Assembly (NCBI GenBank): GCA_002441305.1
Contig: DJVT01000014.1
Coordinates: 2,859-66,858, forward strand
Reading direction: 5' to 3'
Length of the DNA: 64,000 bases
DNA from: Candidatus Omnitrophica bacterium UBA6249
GTDB taxonomy: Bacteria > Omnitrophota > Gorgyraeia > Gygaellales > Profunditerraquicolaceae
Each line of letters begins with the position of its first letter. The first letter of the stretch is position 1. A model generated the notes under the pieces. The model had not been told where the DNA came from. It did no database searches and saw nothing but the letters and a program-made list of their open reading frames with translations. The translations under genes were made by a program, and so were the position numbers. Shown piece after piece: positions 25,004 to 33,593 of the stretch.

Positions 25004-25675
25004 TTATCTCATCCCCACTATTCTATGTATCTGCGGTATGACGCATGTAGTGACCTTCTCCCGGATGCAGATATCCTTGAATTTGGATAATTTCTCGTTC
25101 AGCGAACCGTGGTTTTCGTTGCTGTTCGGCTGGAGGATCAATACGCTGGCCGGGCTGATATCCTTGATCAGCTCGAGGGCCTTCTTCAAATCCTCCTCTT
25201 CGGTGCTATGACAGATAATCGTCTTAAGGAACACCTCTTTACGCTTGGCGATCCTCAAAAAATCCCTGTGGCTGCCCCAGTATTCCCCCAGCCCGGTGGA
25301 GCTGGGAAGTTTAAGGTCCATTGCCACGATATCGATATGCTCGATCAGATCCTCCAGCTCTTTGGGAAGGGTCCCGTTGGTCTCCAGGTAGTGCCTGTGC
25401 CCGTGACTGCCCGTAAGCTTGAGCACCTCTTTAAGGAAATCCTTGTATAAAAGCGGCTCGCCTCCGGTAAATGAGATGGAGTGGTACCTCTCCTGGTAAA
25501 GCTTTATCTCCTGGAACAACTCCTGCGGCTCATACTCCATGAAACGGTCGGGCTTAGTATCGCAGAACCCGCAGTTCAGGTTACAGTCGAAAAAACGCAC
25601 GAAGATCTGCCTCTCCCCCAGGTAAAGGCCTTCCCCTTGCACGCTGTCGAAAATTTCGGATATTCTCGCTTTCAT
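25004..25675 (-). CDS. queE: 7-carboxy-7-deazaguanine synthase (radical SAM)
   Basis: ISEIFDSVQGEGLYLGERQIFVRFFDCNLNCGFCDT: the QueE N-terminal motif and its variant CX14CX2C cluster site. Confidence 0.9.
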   Translation of the reverse strand: MKARISEIFDSVQGEGLYLGERQIFVRFFDCNLNCGFCDTKPDRFMEYEPQELFQEIKLYQERYHSISFTGGEPLLYKDFLKEVLKLTGSHGHRHYLETNGTLPKELEDLIEHIDIVAMDLKLPSSTGLGEYWGSHRDFLRIAKRKEVFLKTIICHSTEEEDLKKALELIKDISPASVLILQPNSNENHGSLNEKLSKFKDICIREKVTTCVIPQIHRIVGMR

Positions 25676-26340
25676 GATTTCACCAGCGGGTCCTGTATGC
25701 CCGCTTCCTTAAAACCCCGCGCCCGGTAATGGCAGCTGTCGCACCTCAGACAGGGAACCTTTCCCCCGCGGTAACATGACCATGTCAACCCAAAAGGCAC
25801 TCCGAGTTTTGCCCCTTCCAGGATAATCCGTGACTTATTCATCCCGATCAAGGGAGCGGCGATGCCGATCTTCGCGCGCGTACCCGCGCGCAAGGCCTTG
25901 CCGAAGGCCTCAAGGAACTCCGGGCGGCAATCAGGATACCCGGAGTAATCCTGGTCATGCGCGCCGATAAATACGGTCCTTGCCCCTGTCGCCTCCGCAA
26001 AAGAAGAAGCGTAACTCAGGAATATTATGTTCCTCGAAGGGACATAGGTCGACGGAATCCCCGCCGCTGGCTTCTCCGGGATCTTGATCTTGCGGTCCAA
26101 AAGGGCCGACCCCTTCCAGGGAAAAGCTATTTTGACCACCCTGCTGGGACATCCGGCTGACCTGGCTATGCGGGCTGCCTGGATGATCTCTTTCCTATGC
26201 GACTGCCCGTAATCAAAAATCAGGCAGCTACAAAGATACCCCCTGGCCCTGGCAATATATAAAACCGTAGCGGAATCCAGCCCGCCCGAAAGAAGAACCA
26301 CCGCCTTCCTGGATGCCTTACTCTTCATAGGTAGCGGCAC
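25672..26340 (-). CDS. queC: 7-cyano-7-deazaguanine synthase
   Basis: PP-loop VVLLSGGLDSAT and a C-terminal zinc Cys cluster (SCY...C..CDSC). Confidence 0.9.
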   Translation of the reverse strand: MPLPMKSKASRKAVVLLSGGLDSATVLYIARARGYLCSCLIFDYGQSHRKEIIQAARIARSAGCPSRVVKIAFPWKGSALLDRKIKIPEKPAAGIPSTYVPSRNIIFLSYASSFAEATGARTVFIGAHDQDYSGYPDCRPEFLEAFGKALRAGTRAKIGIAAPLIGMNKSRIILEGAKLGVPFGLTWSCYRGGKVPCLRCDSCHYRARGFKEAGIQDPLVKS

Positions 26341-26674
26341 TGGTGGTATTCTCCCAAACGGTTACGCTTTTAAGAAGGCTAATCCCGGTCTTGAGCTCAT
26401 CATAAACATACCTGGCTATATTCTCCGACGTGGGATTAACTTTCTTGAAATGATCGAGCTTGTTTAAATATTGATGGTCCATCCTGTCGAGCACGTTATT
26501 CAGTTTCTTCTTAAGGTATTTGAAATCAAGCAGCATGCCCGTGCCATCCAGGTCCCGCGACCTCACGGATATCTCCACGCGCCAGTTATGGCCGTGCAGC
26601 TCCTCGCATTTGCCTTTATAGCCCCTTAAGTTGTGCGCGGAACTGAAAGAACTCTCCACTTTCAAAGTATACAT
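26318..26674 (-). CDS. queD: 6-carboxy-5,6,7,8-tetrahydropterin synthase
   Basis: 118 aa: FSSAHNLRGYKGKCEELHGHNWRVEI, the PTPS/QueD motif. Confidence 0.9.
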   Translation of the reverse strand: MYTLKVESSFSSAHNLRGYKGKCEELHGHNWRVEISVRSRDLDGTGMLLDFKYLKKKLNNVLDRMDHQYLNKLDHFKKVNPTSENIARYVYDELKTGISLLKSVTVWENTTSAATYEE

Positions 26675-26702
26675 ATCCGCTCTCCGTAAATTCTTCTGCC
26701 TC

Positions 26703-27494
26703 TCAAACCGACCCCATCTTTTTCACGTTCTTCAGCCTGCTGCCCAGGAAACTCTGCGCCAGGGAAGTGAACCATTCCGGGTTATCGCTTACGTAAAAAC
26801 TATGCCTGCCCCCTTTGCCGCGGTTAAGCATATCTTCGTTTACCAGGATCTTCTTCACTTCGCAGGCGACCTGCTCCGCCGAATCGATCAACACCACCCC
26901 TTTGCCCAGGACCTGCTGGATCAAGGGCTTGAGCAGGGGATAATGCGTACACCCGAGTATCACCGTATCCACACGCGCATCCTTAAGCGGGTTCAAATAT
27001 CCTCTGGCCACGTTCAAGACCACCTCTCCGGAAAAACATCCCTCTTCGACAAAAGGCACGAAGAGAGGGCAGGATGCGGTAAACACCTTGGCCTCCGGGG
27101 CAAGCTGTTTGATCTCCGTCTCATAGGTGCGGCTTTTGATCGTGCCCTTAGTCCCGATCACGCCGATGCGCTTGTTCTTGGAGGCATAAACCGCCTCCCT
27201 TACCCCCGGGCTGATCACGCCGATTATCGGGGCGCGGAAATAATTCTTTATCACGGGCAGGGCAAAACTGGAAGCCGTATTGCAGGCGACACAGATAAGT
27301 TTTACGTCCTGCTGAAGGAGAAAAAGTATATTCTCGATGGAAAAACGGATGACCGTCTCGCGCGACTTGATGCCGTAAGGCACGCGGGCGGTATCTCCGA
27401 AGTAAACTATATTTTCATTGGGCAGCTGGCGTATCAACTCCTTGACTACGGTAAGCCCGCCTACGCCGGAATCGAAAACCCCTATGGACTTCAT
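26703..27494 (-). CDS. murI: glutamate racemase
   Basis: MKSIGVFDSGVGGLTVVKEL..., with active-site blocks VACNTAS and GCTHYPLL. I chose the start at 27494 (ATGA overlap with the amidase stop). The 79 upstream codons in the track ORF are Gly/Arg/Pro-rich and overlap the amidase gene. Confidence 0.9.
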   Translation of the reverse strand: MKSIGVFDSGVGGLTVVKELIRQLPNENIVYFGDTARVPYGIKSRETVIRFSIENILFLLQQDVKLICVACNTASSFALPVIKNYFRAPIIGVISPGVREAVYASKNKRIGVIGTKGTIKSRTYETEIKQLAPEAKVFTASCPLFVPFVEEGCFSGEVVLNVARGYLNPLKDARVDTVILGCTHYPLLKPLIQQVLGKGVVLIDSAEQVACEVKKILVNEDMLNRGKGGRHSFYVSDNPEWFTSLAQSFLGSRLKNVKKMGSV

Positions 27495-28597
27495 CTTTCG
27501 GAAACCTCCACCAGGGACATATCCTGGGAATACCTCCTTAATCCCTCGAGTATCCCCTCCGCCAGCCTCTGGCGGTATGCCCCGCTTCTCAACAATCTTT
27601 CCTCTCCCGGGTTGGAGACAAAACCCACCTCCACCAGGACTGCGGGGATATTCGCGCCCCTTAATACCTGGTAACGCGCCCCCTTGACCCCCAGTATGCT
27701 CACGTCCACCGCCGAACCGATGCCCCTGCACAAAGAGTAAGCCAGGTCTATCGACTCAGCCCGGTTGCTCGCATAAATCATATCCCAGACTATCGACTCA
27801 AGGTCCTGGGACCTCCTGGCGAAAACCGAATTCTTGAGGTGCAGAGGGACATTCCTTGCCGCATCATGCGCGCGCTTCAGGTCGCTCACGGACGGCGAGA
27901 CGTAGTAAACCTCGAAGCCATTCAGGGAACGCGAACGATTAGCGTTGGCGTGCAGGCTGACGAACAGGTCGGCATCCGACTTGTTGGTAATGCTTACCCG
28001 CGTAGGAAGCGGTATGAACCTGTCGCTTGAACGCGTCAATACCGTACGCACGCCTTCGGCCCGCAGGAGGTCGTTTAACCTCATGGCGATATCGAGATTG
28101 ACGTCCTTTTCCCTCAAGCCCCTCTTGCCTATGGCCCCGGGGTCCTTGCCTCCATGCCCCGGGTCGATAATTATCTTCTTCAGTTTTATCTTTTCCTTGA
28201 CCGTCTTGCGCTGCGCGGAAACGGACAAGGGAAAAAGGATATCGAAAACCTGCTCTTTGAACTGCCTTGGCACCACAACCGTGCCGTAATGGAAATCCAC
28301 CGGCGCATCCAAATGCATGGCGCTGTCGTTTACCAGGATAATCTCGTCCCCCGCGCGTAAGGTGATACGCTTGGAGTCCTTATTCAGGTAAACGGTATTT
28401 ATCAGCGTATCGTATTTCAGCTCCACCCCGCGGCTTTCGCATAAACTGATCAAAGGGTAATAAACCGTGCCCTTTATGGAATACGCGGGTATGGTGCCGG
28501 GGGAAGACAGCGTCGCGCATCCGGCGCAAAGCGCGGAAACGACGAAAAAAAACACGGGATACAAAAACAGCCTGGCAATAGATGTCTTCCTGCGCAT
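27491..28597 (-). CDS. N-acetylmuramoyl-L-alanine amidase (AmiC-like, with N-terminal targeting domain)
   Basis: Signal/lipoprotein-like N-terminus (VVSALCAGC). Amidase_3 motifs IIIDPGHGGKDPGAIG, SLHANA and E...GF(V)SNP. Confidence 0.85.
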   Translation of the reverse strand: MRRKTSIARLFLYPVFFFVVSALCAGCATLSSPGTIPAYSIKGTVYYPLISLCESRGVELKYDTLINTVYLNKDSKRITLRAGDEIILVNDSAMHLDAPVDFHYGTVVVPRQFKEQVFDILFPLSVSAQRKTVKEKIKLKKIIIDPGHGGKDPGAIGKRGLREKDVNLDIAMRLNDLLRAEGVRTVLTRSSDRFIPLPTRVSITNKSDADLFVSLHANANRSRSLNGFEVYYVSPSVSDLKRAHDAARNVPLHLKNSVFARRSQDLESIVWDMIYASNRAESIDLAYSLCRGIGSAVDVSILGVKGARYQVLRGANIPAVLVEVGFVSNPGEERLLRSGAYRQRLAEGILEGLRRYSQDMSLVEVSER

Positions 28598-28664
28598 TTC
28601 CCTGGCTTTCTGCCGAATGCTTGTCTCCCGTAAAGGCTCATCCCCTGCACGGGCGGAATGTTAT

Positions 28665-29067
28665 TGGTGGAGGTGGGCGGAATTGAACCGCCGTCCTTAA
28701 GTAACCGCATAGAAGCCGCTACATGCTTAGCCCCGCGTTTTAGCTTACCCTTGCAGCTCCCGCAGGGCAGGATCTGCAAATAGCAGTCTTTTAAAATTTC
28801 GCTCCGGCTGCAAAGGCGAACAGACGGAACTATCCTACTTAGGCCCTAATCCATCCCGTAGGCAGGACGGTTAGAGGCTCCGGACTTAATTAAGTCCGAA
28901 GGCTGGTACGAACATAGGCCTCGCCGTGAAAGACGGAGCCAATGTTCCTAAACGTGACACTTGCGTGTTTGCGTTTAATTTTTGTAAGGAGTTGTTAACG
29001 CGGCTAACCTTACCTCCGCGGCATGCTGCTTTTATCCGACTATCTTAAGTCGAACCCTTTCACCCCC
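28665..29067 (-). ncRNA. ssrA: tmRNA (ssrA)
   Basis: The 5' end GGGGGTGAAAGGGTTCGAC... pairs with the 3' end ...GGTTCAATTCCGCCCACCTCCACCA, giving an acceptor stem with G3:U70 and an encoded CCA. A PK1-like region is followed by AAAAATTAAAC-GCA AAC..., which parallels the E. coli resume-codon context. The predicted tag ORF is 28972..28886 and ends at a TAA inside the hairpin GGACTTAATTAAGTCC. The gene lies immediately downstream of smpB. Confidence 0.85.
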
Positions 29068-29069
29068 GG

Positions 29070-29525
29070 TTATGAATTCCTGTTTTTTATCGCGCGGCGG
29101 AGCTCAAGGTCCGTCTCCCTGCGCTTGATACTGTCCCTTTTATCGTAAAGCTTCTTTCCCCGGCAAAGGCCAAGGTCAATCTTGACAAACCCCCGGTCAT
29201 TGAAATACATCTTCAAGGGCACCAGGGTAAGCCTCTTTTGGGCCAGCTTTCCGGCGATCCTTTCGATCTGCCTCTTGTGCAAAAGGAGCTTGCGCACCCT
29301 GTCCGTTTCGACGTTCAGATAGCTGGCCTGCGTGTAATGGCTGATATGCGCGTTGTATAAAAACACTTCGAGCTTCTCGATGCGCGCGAAGCTGTCGTTC
29401 AAATTGACCGAACCGGCGCGCAGAGACTTTACCTCGGAGCCCTTGAGCTCGATTCCGCACTCGAAAGACTCAAGAACCTCGTAATCCCTGTACGCCTTGC
29501 GGTTAGTAAGGATAGATTTACTCAT
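29070..29525 (-). CDS. smpB: SsrA-binding protein
   Basis: 151 aa: NRKAYRDYEVLESFECGIELKGSEVKSLR..., LLLHKRQI, and a basic C-terminal tail. Confidence 0.95.
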   Translation of the reverse strand: MSKSILTNRKAYRDYEVLESFECGIELKGSEVKSLRAGSVNLNDSFARIEKLEVFLYNAHISHYTQASYLNVETDRVRKLLLHKRQIERIAGKLAQKRLTLVPLKMYFNDRGFVKIDLGLCRGKKLYDKRDSIKRRETDLELRRAIKNRNS

Positions 29526-30478
29526 TTTAGCATAGCTGCGTATAAATACAAACTCAAAAATAAGGGTATGGTCAGGAGCCCCACTACGTGGCTGAAGAAT
29601 ATACCCTGGCTGATCAAGGCGTCCTCCCGTTTATAATGCCTGATAATTACCGACAGGGAGGTGGCCGAAGGCATAGCCAGCTGCATCACGACAAACACCC
29701 CAAGCAGCTCGGGGAGACCGAGTTTAAGCGCAAAAACAATGCCCGCCGCAGGGAGAATGAGCATCTTGCCGAGAATGATCAAGAAAACCGGGAGCTTATC
29801 TATCTTTTTGAGCTGCACCAGGGCGACATTGCCACCTACCACGAACATGGCCAGAGGCAGGGTGCAGTTGCCCACCATCTCAATGGGTTTTGCCACTGCC
29901 TGTGGGATGAATTTGTCCAAACCGAAGAATACCAGCGCAAGGGTAGAAAGATTCGCGATCACCGGGGGGCTGAACACGCTGCGCATGCGGAACCTCGCCT
30001 CCTTCTCGTAAGTAAGCATATATATGCCGCAGGACCAGGCTACCAAATCGAATCCCAGGAGAAAAAGAATGATGAAAATGAACATGCTCCCGGAATCCTT
30101 CCCGGAAAAAACCGAGGCGGCAAGGGCCAGGGGAAGATACCCGGAATTCTGGAACCCCACCAGGCTGAGAAATTGCAGGCGGTGTTTTTTCAGCCCGCCG
30201 GCCTTGATCAAGGCCCATCCGACGAGCAGGCCGAATGCGGTAATCGCCAGGCTGATAAGGGGAAACATCCACCAGTTCGGATAAAGTGCGAAGCTGAAAT
30301 TCTTGAGCAGCTGGGTAAAGATCAGGGCGGGGAAAATAATCTGGATCACCAGCCTGCTTAAGGCCTCGAGCCCGGCATGCGAAAGCGCGCCCCTGCGCAC
30401 AAACAGGTAGCCAAGCCCGCCAAGGAAAAATATCTGGGCCATCGCCGTGCCCGTAACCCTGAAATAATCCAAAAACAT
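29522..30478 (-). CDS. AEC (auxin efflux carrier) family transporter
   Basis: 318-aa polytopic membrane protein with about 10 TM segments and an AEC-family sequence character. Confidence 0.75.
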   Translation of the reverse strand: MFLDYFRVTGTAMAQIFFLGGLGYLFVRRGALSHAGLEALSRLVIQIIFPALIFTQLLKNFSFALYPNWWMFPLISLAITAFGLLVGWALIKAGGLKKHRLQFLSLVGFQNSGYLPLALAASVFSGKDSGSMFIFIILFLLGFDLVAWSCGIYMLTYEKEARFRMRSVFSPPVIANLSTLALVFFGLDKFIPQAVAKPIEMVGNCTLPLAMFVVGGNVALVQLKKIDKLPVFLIILGKMLILPAAGIVFALKLGLPELLGVFVVMQLAMPSATSLSVIIRHYKREDALISQGIFFSHVVGLLTIPLFLSLYLYAAMLK

Positions 30479-30570
30479 CCTCTCCCTCCCGCCTTAAAGA
30501 TAATTGCGTAAATGATTATTATAACAGCAAAAAAATACCCCCGCAATCTCTTTATACGGGCTCTAAACAG

Positions 30571-30599
30571 TTGACAGGAAGGGCAGGCTAATATATAAT
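30571..30599 (+). promoter_or_regulatory. consensus sigma70 promoter for tRNA-Leu
   Basis: TTGACA (30571-30576), a 17-nt spacer and TATAAT (30594-30599), 16 nt upstream of the tRNA 5' end. Confidence 0.7.
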
Positions 30600-30615
30600 T
30601 GCATATCTCATTAAT

Positions 30616-30699
30616 GCGGGGGTGGCGGAATGGCAGACGCGCTGGTCTCAGAAGCCAGTGACGCAAGTCATGAGGGTTCAACTCCCTCCTCCCGCACCA
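30616..30699 (+). tRNA. tRNA-Leu (anticodon CAG), type II with long variable arm, CCA encoded
   Basis: Manual fold: GCGGGGG/CTCCCGC acceptor, anticodon arm CTGGT-CTCAGAA-GCCAG, variable arm TGACGCAAGTCAT, T-arm GAGGG-TTCAACT-CCCTC, then A-CCA. Confidence 0.9.
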
Positions 30700-30715
30700 A
30701 ATCTAAAAACACACA

Positions 30716-31888
30716 TCAAAGGTATTCGACAGTTACCAGTTTACCCATCTCTTTCAGCTTCTCGGCGATCCTCTGGACGATAACCGACCGGGGGAGCACC
30801 CCCATCTGGCGGAATATTATGTTACGGTGCCCGGAATTAACCGCGGTGCCCACGAGCATGTTTATCGCGTCCGCCGAACGGACCAGCGTGCAGAATCCGG
30901 AGACGCAGGAATCCTCCTCGTAGGAATCCGGGTCAACCCCCAGGATATTGCAGGCCTGGTTCAGGGTAAGCACCCCCTCCGTTACCAGGTCGATACCGGA
31001 AATCTCATACTGCGGCGGCTTATAATAGGCATCCGAGATCTGTTTGTTCTTAACCTGGATGCCCAGGCACCGGGCGGCGATATCCGCGGTAGTAGATCCG
31101 CAGATGATCTTGGAGCCTGGCAGGCGCATGAAGCGCTCGACAACCTTACGGTCAAGCTGGCGGTCCGCGGGAGGGCCGGTAAGGATATGCACCGTCTTTG
31201 CCCTGCGGCAGCGCAATAATACCACCGTCGAATCATCGCCGTATGTCGGGCCCGAATACTGCCGCACTTTATCGATAATCATGCCCGGTATATCCTCCGT
31301 ATTCAGGCACCGGGCGCAGGCCGAACGGATAAAGCTGGCCACCCCCTCCTCCTGCCAGCCGAATTTGAATACCCTGCCCATCCCGGCCTGGGTCACGCCG
31401 TCGCTGAAAAGAAAAAGGCAGCTCCTCGTGTGCAAATGAAAATGCGATTCCGCGATAACCTCGCTTCCCAGGGTGATAAAACGCCGCTCCACCAGTGAGG
31501 CCGCCGACTGTTCGGCTATCACGGCAGCCGGCATCTCATAAGAGATCATCGCCGCCTGCCCGTCGTTAAGCATGCGGCAGACGCAAAAAGCGGAGAACGG
31601 GATATCCCTGGTCCTGGCTTCGTGCATGGTCGCCACCACCCTCTCGCATGCCTGACGCAGGGAAAAACCCAAACGCAGCAGCTCCATGATGCGGTTAGCG
31701 CACATCACCGCGGCGATATGCGCCTTTATCCCGCTTCCGATACCGTCGCAGAGAATCACGGTAGTGGCTTCCTCGCTGCGTTCGGAGAGCAAATAATCCC
31801 CGCAGACTGCCCCGGAGGACTTATTTACCTGGGCAACGGATATGCCGACATACCTCTTGTTATGGCTGGCCTGATTTGTCTTTATCAT
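30716..31888 (-). CDS. SpoIIE/PP2C-family protein serine/threonine phosphatase with C-terminal domain of unknown function
   Basis: 390 aa. The N-terminal ~225 aa are PPM-like (VCGDY...TVILCDGIGSGIKA..., LFLFSDGV, GDDSTVVLL). It overlaps the hydS 3' end by 29 nt. Confidence 0.75.
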   Translation of the reverse strand: MIKTNQASHNKRYVGISVAQVNKSSGAVCGDYLLSERSEEATTVILCDGIGSGIKAHIAAVMCANRIMELLRLGFSLRQACERVVATMHEARTRDIPFSAFCVCRMLNDGQAAMISYEMPAAVIAEQSAASLVERRFITLGSEVIAESHFHLHTRSCLFLFSDGVTQAGMGRVFKFGWQEEGVASFIRSACARCLNTEDIPGMIIDKVRQYSGPTYGDDSTVVLLRCRRAKTVHILTGPPADRQLDRKVVERFMRLPGSKIICGSTTADIAARCLGIQVKNKQISDAYYKPPQYEISGIDLVTEGVLTLNQACNILGVDPDSYEEDSCVSGFCTLVRSADAINMLVGTAVNSGHRNIIFRQMGVLPRSVIVQRIAEKLKEMGKLVTVEYL

Positions 31889-33593
31889 CTTCGTTCATGA
31901 TCATCATAAGTTTGTTTACCAGCTCTTCCCCTTTGGCGGTGCTTTCCCCCAGGAAGCGGGCGATATTCTGGGCTATGCCGATCTGGTGCTCGAGCAGTTC
32001 TTTTGCCTGCTGGACAGTCTGGTTCTTGATCTGGCGCAGCCTGCGCTCGCTGCCGCGTATATGCGAGACATCCACAAAAATACCTACGTACTGCCTCTCC
32101 TGGCGCAGGGCATAGATAAGCTGGTGGCAGGAAAAGGAACGCTGGGGGAACTCCACGGTCTCGGCAAGGCACTCCTCTACGCCCGAGGCCACTTTTTCGA
32201 ACGAAACGGGGTCCATGACAAAAGAGATATGCCTGCCTACGGAGGTATCGGAACATCCGAAAAATTCCTTAAAGGATTTGTTCATGCTGAGTATCCCCAG
32301 GTCGTGGTCAAGAATCACTATGCCGTTGGGGCTTGTTTCGATAATCCTGTCGGTCTTGCGCTCGGCCAGGCGGCGCATATAAGGAATGCACATCTCCGCC
32401 TCCGCCATTCCCTGGATAACGGCGATAGCCTTTTCTCTGCAGCTGTTATACCCGCAGGCGCCGCAATTAAGCTGCTGCGCGGGATCGGATTTGCCCGTCT
32501 GCTCAAATACCGCCAGTATCTGCTCTTCGCGCACAGGAACGCAAAAATCCCCCGTTTTTTCGAAACTGGCATTCAACAGGCGCCCGTCCTCGACCAAAGG
32601 GGTCTTCTCCTTGCAGTGTTTACGGCAATACTCCAGAAGCTCCTGCCTCCTCTTGAATACATTATCCTGCGTATCCATTCCCGGACCGTTTATGCACCCC
32701 TGGCTGCAAAATAGAGGTTCGATAAGCAGGTAGCGCCCGCTTTTCGGCACGGCCTCGAGGATTTGTTTTACCTGCTGGGGCCCGCTGACCTGGACCACCT
32801 CGACCTGCAGGCCGTCGTCATCTATCCCCGCGGTCTTGAGCAACCCGCCGGGGAGAGGGAAATAATTTGCGTTCTCCGCAGGAGGCTCGTCGAAACGGCT
32901 CTCCTCGCAGGAGGCAAGGTCTATCCCGGAAGACTTAAGCCAGTCCTTCAGTTCGATGAATGTCAACGCCGCATCCACGGCGTTTAAATTTTGCGGCCAC
33001 TGCGCCTCCGATTTTTTCGCCACGCAGGGGCCGATGAATACAGTCTTGACCCCCTCCCCCAGTTTATCCTTAAGCATGCGGCAATGCACCACCATGGGAG
33101 AAGCAACCGGCACCAGATAATCTATCAGGTGCGGCTGGTATTTCTGCACATAATTGACAAGCGCGGGGCAGGCGGTAGCCACGCACGGTCCGTATTTGTC
33201 CTTCACGCACTTATAGGTGGCATGCGCCACCTGATAAGCCCCCTGGGATGTCTGCCCGACATAGCTGAACCCCAGCCGGCGCAGGGCCGAGGCCAGGCGC
33301 TCCCTTTGCCACTCGTTGAATTCCGAGGCGAACGACGGGGCAAGGCTCGCCGCAACCTTGGCACCTGAAGCGATCATCTGCTGCACAAATTCCACATCCG
33401 AACGGAATGTCTTTGCCTGCTGGGGGCATTCGCGGATGCAGGTGCCGCAGGCGATGCAGCGCTCCTGGTCCACATACGCCTGCCCGTGATGCATGCGGAT
33501 AGCCTTTACCGGACAGGCGCGCACGCAACGGTAACAGTCGCGGCAGCGCGCGGTCAGAGTAAAAACAATCTGGTTCAATCCTGCGTTCTTCAT
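31860..33593 (-). CDS. hydS: sensory [FeFe]-hydrogenase-like protein (HydS type): ferredoxin domain, degenerate H-cluster domain, extra Cys motif, PAS domain
   Basis: N-terminal 2x[4Fe-4S] motifs (CRDCYRCVRACP, CIACGTCIRECP). The H-cluster motifs are altered relative to HydA: ATACPALV (vs TSCCPAW), GPCVAKKSE (vs MPCTAKKFE) and FCSQGCINGPG (vs ACPGGCVGGAGQP). These are followed by CGACGYNSC and a PAS-like segment (IIETSPNGIVILDHDLGILSMNKSFKEFFG). I chose the start at 33593 (ATGA overlap with the hydA stop). The track ORF starts at 33695. Confidence 0.8.
   Translation of the reverse strand: MKNAGLNQIVFTLTARCRDCYRCVRACPVKAIRMHHGQAYVDQERCIACGTCIRECPQQAKTFRSDVEFVQQMIASGAKVAASLAPSFASEFNEWQRERLASALRRLGFSYVGQTSQGAYQVAHATYKCVKDKYGPCVATACPALVNYVQKYQPHLIDYLVPVASPMVVHCRMLKDKLGEGVKTVFIGPCVAKKSEAQWPQNLNAVDAALTFIELKDWLKSSGIDLASCEESRFDEPPAENANYFPLPGGLLKTAGIDDDGLQVEVVQVSGPQQVKQILEAVPKSGRYLLIEPLFCSQGCINGPGMDTQDNVFKRRQELLEYCRKHCKEKTPLVEDGRLLNASFEKTGDFCVPVREEQILAVFEQTGKSDPAQQLNCGACGYNSCREKAIAVIQGMAEAEMCIPYMRRLAERKTDRIIETSPNGIVILDHDLGILSMNKSFKEFFGCSDTSVGRHISFVMDPVSFEKVASGVEECLAETVEFPQRSFSCHQLIYALRQERQYVGIFVDVSHIRGSERRLRQIKNQTVQQAKELLEHQIGIAQNIARFLGESTAKGEELVNKLMMIMNEDDKDKSGQP

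Noticed and set aside
26675-26702. preQ1 riboswitch upstream of the queD-queC-queE-queF operon
   Set aside because: Only 28 nt separate the murI stop from the queD start, and there is no preQ1-type hairpin or pseudoknot sequence. The operon appears to be read through from murI.
26631-27674. 347-aa plus-strand ORF
   Set aside because: It lies antisense to murI and the amidase gene, both of which have strong family motifs. Its composition is biased (R/H/L/P-rich) and it has no recognisable motif. The same reasoning rejects 22520..23284, 29588..30361, 31986..32714, 33635..34381, 35809..36603, 36760..37317, 38719..39867, 52321..53232, 57495..58037 and 60490..61209.
27495-27731. 79-codon N-terminal extension of the murI ORF in the track
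   Set aside because: It is a Gly/Arg/Pro-rich sequence overlapping the amidase coding region. A canonical MurI N-terminus (MKSIGVFDSGVGG) begins at 27494 with an ATGA stop/start overlap.
28474-28779. 101-aa minus-strand ORF and 77-aa plus-strand ORF 28467..28700
   Set aside because: Both overlap the tmRNA gene and the end of the amidase gene. tmRNA structural features explain the sequence.
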